A stretch of 50,391 nt of DNA from Bdellovibrio sp. (GTDB lineage: Bacteria; Bdellovibrionota; Bdellovibrionia; Bdellovibrionales; Bdellovibrionaceae). Under the pieces are notes generated by a model. The model was not told the DNA's origin, searched no databases, and worked only from the letters and a program-made list of their open reading frames with translations. The position numbers were made by a program, and so were the translations under genes. The DNA lies in the NCBI GenBank assembly GCA_046318155.1, contig JBKCUU010000068.1, positions 1-50,391 of the forward strand. The letters run 5' to 3'. Shown here in pieces: positions 10,694 to 19,718 of the stretch (position 1 is its first letter; each line of letters starts with the position of its first letter).

Positions 10694-11575
10694 TTGAATC
10701 CACCTCCATTTGATGTTACCTGCACCCTCATGACAAGCGCACGGCCTCCCGAACTTCTTTCGATATCGCAATGCGACAAGCGGCTCCAGTTCGCCTGCTC
10801 TCAGCATTGGCCCGAAGGCCTACCTGCCGTTGCCGTGAACGGCTTGGTGCTGGCGGGTTTCGGCCAGACGCTGGTGTTTAATCACCAAATTGAACCTGAG
10901 GATCAGACGGCCATTGGCCAACTGGTCACTTCGCTCTACCCGCAAATGAGTTTTATGGAAGCCGCCCGCTTTTGGCAAAAGGCGCACGAGATCAGCTGGC
11001 TCCCGCTCACCGATATTTTGAGCCGCTGGAACGTGCGCCTGAACGAAGCCTGGATCCATTCGGCCCAAATTGCCCTTGCGCTCCCCGTGGGGTTTCAAGC
11101 TTGGATGATCGAGAAAAAATTCGGTGCCCAAGACATGATGATCTTGGGCACGGCCCAAGCTCCCAAAAACAATGTCAAGCTCGAGCCTCTTTTGCACGCA
11201 ATCCTGGCGACAAAGGCCTCACGCACCCAAGGCGCTCAGATTCTTGAGACCGGAGTTGAACTTGCCTTGATGGGAATGACCATGAATGTGCTCATCGCCC
11301 AAGAGGGTGAGTCGGCTGACACTTGGGCGGACCGTCTTAAACTTTTGCGGTACCCACAAACGTCGAAAAAAGATTCCGAGAGCGAAGCCCGCTTACAAAA
11401 TCTGCCGTGGCCGGGCCACAGCCAAGCGCGCTGGGTTCGCCAGGGCGACAAAGCCGGCCTTGAACTCAAAATTTTTGTGTCCAATCCGTCAGACTTAAAA
11501 AAGTCGGTCACCTCACTGCAAAAACTCCAAGATCTTCTCGAAGAAAATCCGGGCGCCTTGTGGCCAAAACATTAA
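10694..11575 (+). CDS. Hypothetical protein, degenerate ParB/Srx-like partner of the SPL-family gene
   Basis: VLAGFG resembles the ParB xDGFxR remnant; C-terminal RLKLLRYP..LPWP..LELKI; 10 bp upstream of the SPL-like gene. Start uncertain (10694 TTG or 10730 ATG). Confidence 0.6.
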   Translation: MNPPPFDVTCTLMTSARPPELLSISQCDKRLQFACSQHWPEGLPAVAVNGLVLAGFGQTLVFNHQIEPEDQTAIGQLVTSLYPQMSFMEAARFWQKAHEISWLPLTDILSRWNVRLNEAWIHSAQIALALPVGFQAWMIEKKFGAQDMMILGTAQAPKNNVKLEPLLHAILATKASRTQGAQILETGVELALMGMTMNVLIAQEGESADTWADRLKLLRYPQTSKKDSESEARLQNLPWPGHSQARWVRQGDKAGLELKIFVSNPSDLKKSVTSLQKLQDLLEENPGALWPKH

Positions 11576-11585
11576 CTGGGTCTCA

Positions 11586-12734
11586 ATGACAAAGCCGGAT
11601 GCGTTTGCGACATTTGAAAAGATCTGGATCGACCGGCAGAGCCTGTCTTCAAAGGTCGCTCAGAGGATCAGGGAGCGCTATGACTCCTCGATCATTGAAG
11701 TGGTCGACGCCAATCCGTTTCAAGATCACAAAGGCCTGATGTCGCCCGAGCAATTTAACCGCTCCAAGCGTCTGCTGTACGTGAAGCCTTTTGTCGGTCA
11801 TTTTTTTAAGCGCTGCCCAGGAGCGACGCAAAAAAAAGTGCTCACCTGCTGCAACTATCACGTTTTGAATTTGGGCCAGCAGTGCAACTTTAATTGCAGC
11901 TACTGCTATCTGCAAAGCTATTTGAACACGCCCACCATGCAAGTGTACTCGAACATCGACCAGGCGCTGACCGAGCTTCGCGAGATGGCCTCGCAGTTTC
12001 CGGACCATCCGTTTCGAGTGGGCACCGGCGAAGTCATCGACTCTTTGAGTTTAGATCCGGTCACGCTTTATTCTCGCGATTTGATCGAGTTTTTTTGTGA
12101 ATTTCCCAAGTGGACGCTCGAGTTCAAAACAAAGTCGGCTAGCGTCGATCAATTTTTGGATGTTCCGCACGCAGGCAATATCGTCGTGAGTTGGTCCATC
12201 AATCCCGCAGCCGTTATCAATTCAGAAGAGCATGGGACCGCCCGCTTGCCTGAGCGCCTCGAAGCCGCAAGCAAATGCCGCGACCGGGGCTTTCAGGTCG
12301 CGTTTCACATTGACCCGATGATTTATTTTGAAGACTGGCAGGAGCACTACCGCGATTTGGTTCGCGAGATCACCAGCCGGTTTGAAGTCAAAGATGTGCA
12401 CGTGATTTCGGTGGGCGCCTTGCGCTTTCAACCCGAGCAGCGGCACCTGATGCGCGACCGCTTTGGGATGCAGTCCATGGTCACCAGGGCCGAGATGCTA
12501 CCCTCGGATGGCGGCAAGATGCGCTACGATCAAGCACTTCGCCAAGAGATGTTTAAGTTTGTAAAAGATGAGTTCGCGTCTTACGGATCTCAGTGGCGTA
12601 TCTTCTTTTGCATGGAGACACCAGAGACGTGGATCTCCAGCTTTGCAGCGACGCCCATGCAGGTGCCTGAGCTCAAAACGCTTTTTCGGCCTCTTCCAAA
12701 AATCTCGTCTTTAGATTCAGCTCAACCGAATTAG
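11586..12734 (+). CDS. Spore photoproduct lyase family radical SAM protein
   Basis: CNFNCSYCYLQ (CxxxCxxC), GTGE..DSL, EFKTKS, SWSINP, EHGTA..ERL, FHIDP and CME motifs. Confidence 0.88.
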   Translation: MTKPDAFATFEKIWIDRQSLSSKVAQRIRERYDSSIIEVVDANPFQDHKGLMSPEQFNRSKRLLYVKPFVGHFFKRCPGATQKKVLTCCNYHVLNLGQQCNFNCSYCYLQSYLNTPTMQVYSNIDQALTELREMASQFPDHPFRVGTGEVIDSLSLDPVTLYSRDLIEFFCEFPKWTLEFKTKSASVDQFLDVPHAGNIVVSWSINPAAVINSEEHGTARLPERLEAASKCRDRGFQVAFHIDPMIYFEDWQEHYRDLVREITSRFEVKDVHVISVGALRFQPEQRHLMRDRFGMQSMVTRAEMLPSDGGKMRYDQALRQEMFKFVKDEFASYGSQWRIFFCMETPETWISSFAATPMQVPELKTLFRPLPKISSLDSAQPN

Positions 12735-12782
12735 CCGCTCTCGTTCAAAAAGCCTGGCTCTTATTCTATCAAAATAAGACGG

Positions 12783-12809
12783 CTGGACCAAGCCTACCGT
12801 TTGGTCCAG
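12783..12809 (+). terminator. Hairpin downstream of the SPL-like gene
   Basis: CTGGACCAA-N9-TTGGTCCAG, a 9-bp stem with a weak U-tract. Confidence 0.4.
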
Positions 12810-12857
12810 TTGGCACGGCGGCCTGTTTTCTCGAGATGACCGCTCCAGCAGTACAAT

Positions 12858-12904
12858 ACATAGTGGTTAAATTACCTCGCATTTTAACCACTATGTGTTA
12901 TATT
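12858..12904 (+). promoter_or_regulatory. 14-bp perfect inverted repeat (operator) plus extended -10
   Basis: ACATAGTGGTTAAA-N11-TTTAACCACTATGT (12858-12896) abuts TGtTATATT (12896-12904). ATG at 12911. Confidence 0.75.
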
Positions 12905-12910
12905 TCGAAA

Positions 12911-14068
12911 ATGAACATTCCGCGAAAGATCCAAGCACAAATTTTAGATAGCTTAAGAAACAAGAAATCTGTTCTCTTGCTAGGGCCCCGACAAACTGGC
13001 AAATCGACACTTTCAAACGAACTCAATCCTGACTTGCGGTTTAACCTTGCGAACGAGGCTGTTTTTTTGGACTTTGCAAAAGACCCGCAGTTTTTAGAAT
13101 CTGAAATCAAAATAAAACTGAACAACAAGGGTCTGGTTTTCATTGATGAAGTCCAGAGACACCCTCGACTGATGAATACGGTTCAGGATTTAATCGATCA
13201 CAATAAAAAGTTAAACTTCATTCTGACAGGGTCAAGTGCGCGCAAGCTCAGGCGCAATCATGCCAATTTGCTTCCGGGCCGAGTACACCAATACGAGTTG
13301 GGGTCTCTTGTAAGTTCTGAGCTGAATTACTCCTTCGACACATCTCAAGTTTTGTCATTCGGTTGCTTACCCGGAATCGTCACCGACAAAAACTCTTCAA
13401 ATTTGAAAAAGACCTTGAAGACCTATGCCATCACGTATCTGCATGAGGAAATTAAGGCAGAGGCATTAACTAAAAATTTAGATGGCTTTACTCGATTTTT
13501 ATTCAGTATCGCGGCCGAGAGCACGAAGTTTTTAGACTTGAGCAAAGTGAGTAAAAATATTGGTGTACCCAGGCAAACGGTTCTACGCTTTTTCGAAATT
13601 CTCGAGGACACTCTCATTGTTCACCGTTGCCAAGCATTTGCCAAAAGCGAGAGGCGCCGGCTTGTTCAACATCCCCGTTTTTTTATCTTTGATAACGGTG
13701 TTCTCAATGCTCTTTTGGGTAACTTTAGTCTCTCCGCTGATCGGCAAGGATTTTTGTTTGAAAATCTATTTTTCAATCAGCTTCGGAGCAGTTTAGAAGC
13801 TTCAGGAAAGGAGTATCGAATTTCAACTTATCGAACAGATGGAGGAGCCGAAGTTGATTTCATTTTAGAGTTTAACGGTGAAATCTACGCCCTCGAACTC
13901 AAAACAGGAAATCTTGGCGATCAAAGTGTGCGGGGGCATAAGAGCTTCATTGATTTTGTGGGCAAAAAAGTCAAACCCTGCATTATTGTTCCAGACGGCC
14001 GACATCGCCACTTGGGCGATGTCCAGGTGCTTCCCTGGCAAAAGTTTTTGCAGCAGTTGGAGATCTGA
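12911..14068 (+). CDS. AAA_14 / DUF4143 ATP-binding protein
   Basis: Walker A GPRQTGKS, FIDEVQ, LTGSS, LPGR, FDNG, G.LFEN and EVDFI..ALELK (PD-(D/E)xK-like). AT-richer than its neighbours. Confidence 0.9.
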   Translation: MNIPRKIQAQILDSLRNKKSVLLLGPRQTGKSTLSNELNPDLRFNLANEAVFLDFAKDPQFLESEIKIKLNNKGLVFIDEVQRHPRLMNTVQDLIDHNKKLNFILTGSSARKLRRNHANLLPGRVHQYELGSLVSSELNYSFDTSQVLSFGCLPGIVTDKNSSNLKKTLKTYAITYLHEEIKAEALTKNLDGFTRFLFSIAAESTKFLDLSKVSKNIGVPRQTVLRFFEILEDTLIVHRCQAFAKSERRRLVQHPRFFIFDNGVLNALLGNFSLSADRQGFLFENLFFNQLRSSLEASGKEYRISTYRTDGGAEVDFILEFNGEIYALELKTGNLGDQSVRGHKSFIDFVGKKVKPCIIVPDGRHRHLGDVQVLPWQKFLQQLEI

Positions 14069-14083
14069 CCTCGACCTTGGCGC

Positions 14084-15013
14084 CTAGAAAGCAATCAAGA
14101 TCAGCATCGCTAGGTTGCCCAAGAATGCCAGCGCGGTCGACGTCGTGTTGTGCCCTTTTTCAAGAGCATCGGGGTCTTTCATCTCGCTCGTAAGATATTC
14201 GGTCATCAGGGCCGAGCCCTTATCCCCGCTCATTTGATTTTTCAACCGGGCGAGCTCTCGAGGGAACCGAACCAAGGCTCGGTCCCGAAAGTCACTGAGG
14301 GATCTGACTTTATCAATTTCAACCTCGGCCAGATTTCCTCTAAGAGCGATGACCTTGCCTTCGGCGACAATTTGCGTGCGCACCGATTGATTAAAGAACG
14401 AGCTGCCGGGATCGGCACTGATTTCGACCCACTGAACCGCATCTCCAGCTTCAAGCTTGGAGTTCACGCCGTGAAACACCAGCGCCCGCTTCTTATCATC
14501 CACGTCCAAGACGGCCTTGCCAGTGCTTTCATCCAGAACTTGATAGCCCTGATAAGGAAGAGCCAAGATAAAATCGCTGACCAGCTTTTGCGAGGCCTTG
14601 ATGAGCTGATCATTAATCGGAATGGCGGGGTGAAGCTCCAGGCTTGACTCCCAAAGCGTCGATCCGTCCTCGCTGCGGTAGATTTGCATTTTGAGGTTTC
14701 GGTTGATCAAATAGGTCGTGACTAGCGCCTCGGCATCCAAGATTTTGCCTAAGATGATGATGTCGGCAGGCTTTAGCGTGCGACGAGGCTGAAAAACACC
14801 GCGATTGATCATAAAGCGGCGGCTCGCGACTAAATAGCGCTGCTCCTTGGTCAAGGATTCTCGCATTTGCCACCAAGCATCTTCGCTATTGGCATAATTG
14901 GCATCTGCAATCGGGAAGACGGCCATCTTCGTGAAGAGCTGATGCTGCACCTCGCCTCGAGATGTGAAACAAAAAATGGAAAGTAGCATTGCGACGAATA
15001 GAGACATCTTCAT
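14084..15013 (-). CDS. Exported hypothetical protein (CsgG/TolB-N-like fold suspected) with a C-terminal TM anchor
   Basis: Signal peptide; KMAVFP..LGKILDAEALV; hydrophobic C-terminus ALAFLGNLAMLILIAF. Confidence 0.7.
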   Translation of the reverse strand: MKMSLFVAMLLSIFCFTSRGEVQHQLFTKMAVFPIADANYANSEDAWWQMRESLTKEQRYLVASRRFMINRGVFQPRRTLKPADIIILGKILDAEALVTTYLINRNLKMQIYRSEDGSTLWESSLELHPAIPINDQLIKASQKLVSDFILALPYQGYQVLDESTGKAVLDVDDKKRALVFHGVNSKLEAGDAVQWVEISADPGSSFFNQSVRTQIVAEGKVIALRGNLAEVEIDKVRSLSDFRDRALVRFPRELARLKNQMSGDKGSALMTEYLTSEMKDPDALEKGHNTTSTALAFLGNLAMLILIAF

Positions 15014-15060
15014 TATTTGTCATTCTAATGAAGGTCCTCTCTGTTTGAAAGGAGACTTCG

Positions 15061-15594
15061 ATGAATTCACCCAACATTCGACCCCTCATGGGCGCGACAA
15101 TGACCTTAGTCCTTGGCTTAGGTCTGGTTTTGGGAGCCTGCGCGAGCAAGCCCCCACAACAAACAAAAATGGCCTCGGCAGATTTAAAACCGCGCTCGGG
15201 TTCAATCACCTCGGGCCACGTCCATTTTCATCAACTCGAAAAGCGTGTTCACGTTGCTTACGAGATTAAAGGTCTTAAGCCCAAGACAAAGCACGGCTTT
15301 CACCTGCATGAAAAAGGCGATTGCTCAGCCAGCGATGCGATGTCGGCCGGCGGTCACTACAATCCCGGTGGCCACAAGCACGGGGGTTTAGCTTCTCAAG
15401 AGCGTCACGCCGGAGATCTTGGTAACGTCCAGGCCAATGAAGCCGGTGTTGCAAAAGGCGAAGTTTACCTTGATGGGATGCATGTCAATCAGTTGATCGG
15501 CTTGTCAGTCATCACACACGAAAAAGAAGACGACGAAAAAACACAACCCGCTGGAGATGCAGGCCCAAGAATCGCTTGCGGAGTTGTTCAGTGA
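15061..15594 (+). CDS. sodC: Cu/Zn superoxide dismutase, lipoprotein
   Basis: Lipobox LGAC; HGFHLH, GGHYNP, HAGDLGN and GDAGPRIACG motifs; SD AAAGGAG. Confidence 0.96.
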   Translation: MNSPNIRPLMGATMTLVLGLGLVLGACASKPPQQTKMASADLKPRSGSITSGHVHFHQLEKRVHVAYEIKGLKPKTKHGFHLHEKGDCSASDAMSAGGHYNPGGHKHGGLASQERHAGDLGNVQANEAGVAKGEVYLDGMHVNQLIGLSVITHEKEDDEKTQPAGDAGPRIACGVVQ

Positions 15595-16565
15595 CCTTGA
15601 GTCAACTCCGGTACGTCGTATCGGTTGCTCGGCATTTAAGTTTTGGACGTGCGGCCCAGGAGTGCGGAATCGCACAACCCTCATTGAGCGTCCAAATTAA
15701 AAATCTTGAAGAAGAAATTGGTACTCCCCTCTTTGATCGAAATCAAAAAGGGGTTCGGCTGACCGAACTTGGCGAACAAATACTGAAGCAAGCTCACGTC
15801 ATCTTAAGTGAAGTCGACCGGCTGGGCGAAATCGCAACCGATCACCAAAAAGTCGTTCACGGAACTCTTCGGTTGGGGATCATTCCCACCATTGCGCCCT
15901 ACCTAACTCCCTATTTTATTAGCGCTTTAATTAAACAGTATCCTGAACTCGAAGTTAAAGTCTTTGAACAAACAACCGCGGAACTGGTTCGGGATTTGGG
16001 TGATGGTCGCTTGGATGCGGCTATTTTGTCGACTCCCGAAAAGGTGTCGTACGACCTCATTGAGCGCGTGCTTTACTATGAACCCTTTGTTCTCTTTGCC
16101 CACGCCAAGCACCATTTTCTTGAGTCTGTACAAGTTAAAACTTCGCGCCTTCAAGAAGAGAGCCCACTCTTGCTAGACGAAACACATTGTCTCCGCGACC
16201 AAGTTGAAGGCATATGTCACACCAAAAAATTGTCGCCAAGTCAGGTGCAGCTCGAGCAAGGGACCTTACAAACCTTATTGACCTTGGTTGATCAACAACC
16301 GGCGTACACACTTCTTCCAATTTTAGCCGCCGAAGCGCTGACTCCAGAGCAACGCAAAAAGCAGGTGCGTGCCTTGGTCGGACCTGTGCCGAATCGCAAA
16401 GTGAGCCTTGTTTTCAACAAATCCTACGTCAAGCGATCATTGGTCGAGGCCCTCGAACGCGTCATTCTTGAACATTTACCCGACGTCGTTGAGAATCGCC
16501 TCAAATCTAAGATGAACGTTTTGAATCCCTCTCAAAAACGTTTTAAGATCCCACCATCAACATAG
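15591..16565 (+). CDS. oxyR: OxyR-like LysR regulator
   Basis: LysR HTH (SFGRAA..QPSLS.QIK.LE); GIIPTIAPY; HCLRDQVEGIC keeps both redox cysteines; GTGA overlap with sodC. Confidence 0.88.
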   Translation: MTLSQLRYVVSVARHLSFGRAAQECGIAQPSLSVQIKNLEEEIGTPLFDRNQKGVRLTELGEQILKQAHVILSEVDRLGEIATDHQKVVHGTLRLGIIPTIAPYLTPYFISALIKQYPELEVKVFEQTTAELVRDLGDGRLDAAILSTPEKVSYDLIERVLYYEPFVLFAHAKHHFLESVQVKTSRLQEESPLLLDETHCLRDQVEGICHTKKLSPSQVQLEQGTLQTLLTLVDQQPAYTLLPILAAEALTPEQRKKQVRALVGPVPNRKVSLVFNKSYVKRSLVEALERVILEHLPDVVENRLKSKMNVLNPSQKRFKIPPST

Positions 16566-16609
16566 CTTAAAACTATCGACAAATAGTTTTTTGATACTTC
16601 ATATATCAA
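16562..16609 (+). promoter_or_regulatory. OxyR-type box and adjacent palindrome upstream of the ZIP gene
   Basis: ATAG-N7-CTAT (16562-16576), then N6-ATAG, then TTGATA-N7-TATCAA (16591-16609). Confidence 0.6.
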
Positions 16610-16650
16610 GCAAAGACGGCGATCCTACTCATGAAGAGAGGAGCTCGCAA

Positions 16651-17433
16651 ATGGACCAGATGCTATTACTCGCATTGATCGGCGGAACGATTTCAGCTGT
16701 CAGTACCAGCGCCGGTGCCTTTCTGACGCCTTTCTTTAAGAAGACCGAAAAGATTCAACGCTTTCGCCTGTCGATTGATTTTGCAATGGGAGTCATGCTC
16801 TCAACCGTTGCCTTCTCATTGGTTGGGCCCGAGCTTGTCGGTGCCTGGAGTGACCGAAGCCGACTCAGCATCGTGTTAACCGGCTTGGCCCTGGGTGTGC
16901 TGTTTATCGGCTGGACTCACAAAGCGACCGACTACTTTCAAAAAAAGAATTCACAAAATAAGGTTCAAAAAAATGGACCTGCGTCGTCGACAGTTTCGTC
17001 GGCCAAAGTTGTTTTGGCCCTCGCCCTCGTTTTTCATAATCTTCCTGAAGGCATGGGCGCGGGTGCTTCGCTCGCAGGAATGGAGCTCTCGCAGGCGATC
17101 CCTCTCCAAGTCGCTATCGCGATTCAGAACGTGGCCGAAGGTTTGCTTTTGGCACTTTGCTTTTTAAGTTTTGGCTGGAGCATGTCTCGCTCGGTCCTTG
17201 GCAGCATGGGCTCGGGACTGGTGGAGTTTTCTGGAGCCGCCATTGCCGGTGTTTTGATGCACCAAACAGTAGCGTGGCTTCCGTTTTTGCTTTCGGTCGC
17301 AGGCGGCGCGATGCTGATGTCAGTTCTTCTTGAACTGTTTGAAGCCCGCATCGAGGGTCGATTTTTTCACAAGAACCAGTTCGCCCTGGGGCTTCTGCTG
17401 ATCCCCATCATGAACTTAGCCCTCAATTTTTAA
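16651..17433 (+). CDS. ZIP family divalent metal transporter (ZupT/GufA-like)
   Basis: FAMGVML, HNLPEG, IQNVAEG and AGGAML motifs; SD GAGGAG before the ATG at 16651. Confidence 0.92.
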   Translation: MDQMLLLALIGGTISAVSTSAGAFLTPFFKKTEKIQRFRLSIDFAMGVMLSTVAFSLVGPELVGAWSDRSRLSIVLTGLALGVLFIGWTHKATDYFQKKNSQNKVQKNGPASSTVSSAKVVLALALVFHNLPEGMGAGASLAGMELSQAIPLQVAIAIQNVAEGLLLALCFLSFGWSMSRSVLGSMGSGLVEFSGAAIAGVLMHQTVAWLPFLLSVAGGAMLMSVLLELFEARIEGRFFHKNQFALGLLLIPIMNLALNF

Positions 17434-17517
17434 AACTTGAGCGACAACATTTGACTTCCAAGGGGCCTAGAATGATGAAGAAAGGGCCCCCTCGAGGCCC
17501 AAAGAAAGGAGCAAAAC

Positions 17518-17925
17518 ATGAAGAGACAGACGTACTTCGTTCTTGGTTTGCTCAATGTCGCTCTCGGCGTTCTTGGCGCCTTTCTTCCACTCCTCCCGTC
17601 GACTTGTTTTTTTATTTTTGGAGCTTATTTTTTTGGTCAGAGTTCTGAGCGCATGGAAACCTGGATTTTACGGCACCCACGCTTTGGACCCACGGTCGTT
17701 CAGTGGCGCAAGAACAGATCCATTCCGCTCTCGGCAAAGATAATGGCCAGCCTTGGAATGTCCTTAAGTTTTGCCATTTTATTTTTTTCTGGACGCTCAC
17801 CGGTTTTTTTAGGCTTTGGCGGTTTGATTTTAGGGATCTCGGCTTTGTACGTGTGGACACGCCCGACGACCCGCCTGGTCTTGTCAGATGCCAGAGGCCC
17901 CGCTCAAGAATCAAAAGATTTTTGA
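17518..17925 (+). CDS. ybaN: YbaN / DUF454 family membrane protein
   Basis: GVLGAFLPLLPSTCF..F..SS....WIL.HP.FGP...W....IP..AK; SD AAAGGAG. Confidence 0.9.
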   Translation: MKRQTYFVLGLLNVALGVLGAFLPLLPSTCFFIFGAYFFGQSSERMETWILRHPRFGPTVVQWRKNRSIPLSAKIMASLGMSLSFAILFFSGRSPVFLGFGGLILGISALYVWTRPTTRLVLSDARGPAQESKDF

Positions 17926-18783
17926 TTTTGGAAATTCGACCCAGGCTTCGTTCTTAGGAAAATCTTCAGGCCGCTCTTGGGTCTTTTTTTGAGCTTTTAA
18001 GTACCCGGTAAATGCCGTGATCAACGAATCAAAGGCGTGCGGATTTTCGCAAACCAACTTAAAATCTTGCTGATACAAAAACAGCCCCGTCTTTTCAACC
18101 AGCGCATTTAAAAAAATACGGCGGGCATCCTCGCCGCCTACCGAGTTTCTATAAGAGCGTAGATGACTCTTGTTGACGCGCAAATCATTCCCCAACCGCC
18201 AGACTGAGAGCTTTGGAAAAACCTCGAAGCAGTCGAGCGGCATCCGGCGTTTCAGGTACATCGCGCGCGCCGTAATGGGCGCAAGGTTTGCGCCGAGCGC
18301 GTGCTGCACATCTAGGTTTTCTTCTTCGAGCTCACTCAAATAAAGATCAACCGGGCGCTGTGTATAGGGCGTAAACATCTTGCGCGGGCGCTTTTTCGGC
18401 AGTTTTTGATGCATCTGCCGCATCCATTTGATCTCGGGCTCGGTGCAGGTTTCATAACCGTGGCAGGTGTGCGGACACGCCACGCATTTAGGTAAAGTTA
18501 AGGGTGCATCAATCATGATCGAAACGGCGTTATCTTTCAGCTGCCCGATCATTTCTAGAATCTTATGATCGGCAGAGACAAATTCTTCGGTCCGAATTTT
18601 TTCATGCAGCCGCGAAAGAAACAGACGTTTGGGATCAAAATAATGGTCAATAACCGCCAAACAGCTCTTGTCGGACTTTCCGCCCGACAAAGACAAACCC
18701 AAATAGCGGACAAACTTGGATTCAGTTACCTGAGAGGAGCTACGGTTTTTGCGGCTAGGACTTGAAACCCTGCTTTTTCGCAT
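17911..18783 (-). CDS. DUF429-like RNase H-fold protein with a four-Cys cluster
   Basis: YLGLSLSGG, IDAPLTLP, CVACPHTCHGYETC, EVFPK and FDSLITA motifs. Start uncertain (overlaps the upstream gene). Confidence 0.75.
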   Translation of the reverse strand: MRKSRVSSPSRKNRSSSQVTESKFVRYLGLSLSGGKSDKSCLAVIDHYFDPKRLFLSRLHEKIRTEEFVSADHKILEMIGQLKDNAVSIMIDAPLTLPKCVACPHTCHGYETCTEPEIKWMRQMHQKLPKKRPRKMFTPYTQRPVDLYLSELEEENLDVQHALGANLAPITARAMYLKRRMPLDCFEVFPKLSVWRLGNDLRVNKSHLRSYRNSVGGEDARRIFLNALVEKTGLFLYQQDFKLVCENPHAFDSLITAFTGYLKAQKKTQERPEDFPKNEAWVEFPKSKIF

Positions 18784-19718
18784 GCGGCGGCGACTCCTGG
18801 ACGCCCACCGGGGGGACACCAAACCATCACACATCCGCCCCCACCAGCTCCACAAATCTTAACAGCCAAGGCTCCCGCCTTCAAACTGACTTCTGCCAAC
18901 TTCTCGATTTCAGGACTCGAAAACGCGGGAGCAAGTCGAAGGCGAGCATCAAACTCACGGTTGAACAGATCTGGCAGACGGTCCCAAGATTTTGTCAGAC
19001 AAGCGATCGACATCTCATCGGCGATCTTCTTAATCTCGTGCAGAGCCTTCATGGTCACCGGGTCTTTTTGCACCGCACGCGTAAGGACTTCAAAATTATT
19101 CAGCCCCGAGTGATGAGCCTTGCCCGTGTTGACCAGCAAAAACTGATCCGTGAAGGGCGTATTTTCAACCGAGAGCGTTTGTAAATGAATCCCGCTCGCA
19201 TCAAAGTGAATCAGGTTTAGACCACCATGATCAGCAGGATAATAATCTTGCTTGCCGGTGGGCGTGTTTAACACCTGAGCTTCAAGATTGTGCGCCACAT
19301 GCACACGGCCGTGAGAGTCACGAAACTCTTCTCGCGTGAGTTGTTCAAAAGCTTTGAGGATTGAAATCGTCAAAGAGGAACTTCCGCCAAGACCCCCGCC
19401 CACGGGCGATTGCGAAGATGTCGTCAGTCGAAACCCCATTTTGGGTTTCCAGTATGCGAGGTGGGCTTTGAGCAAATGAATCTGAGGATCCGTATCCTTG
19501 AGGGCTTCTTGTAAGTTTGAGTACCTCTTTTGGAGGTTTAAGTCTTTCGAGATCAGCTCAATCGAAGTATCATCGGTCCCTTCGATGGTCGCTTGAGTCC
19601 AAACATCGATGGCGACATTGACGGTTTTGGCCGATCCGACAAAGTTGTACAAGGGCCAGAGATCAAGAGTTCCACCGGCTAAGTCGACACGCGTGGGGGA
19701 TCTGACTTCAATTTTCAC
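18726..19718 (-). CDS. GHMP kinase (HddA-like sugar-phosphate kinase)
   Basis: PTRVDLAGGTLD, PVGGGLGGSSS, GKQD and KICGAGGGG motifs. Confidence 0.9.
   Translation of the reverse strand: MKIEVRSPTRVDLAGGTLDLWPLYNFVGSAKTVNVAIDVWTQATIEGTDDTSIELISKDLNLQKRYSNLQEALKDTDPQIHLLKAHLAYWKPKMGFRLTTSSQSPVGGGLGGSSSLTISILKAFEQLTREEFRDSHGRVHVAHNLEAQVLNTPTGKQDYYPADHGGLNLIHFDASGIHLQTLSVENTPFTDQFLLVNTGKAHHSGLNNFEVLTRAVQKDPVTMKALHEIKKIADEMSIACLTKSWDRLPDLFNREFDARLRLAPAFSSPEIEKLAEVSLKAGALAVKICGAGGGGCVMVWCPPGGRPGVAAACEKAGFQVLAAKTVAPLR

Noticed and set aside
12811..12826. TGGCAC as a sigma54 promoter for the ATPase
   Set aside because: No GC at the -12 position.
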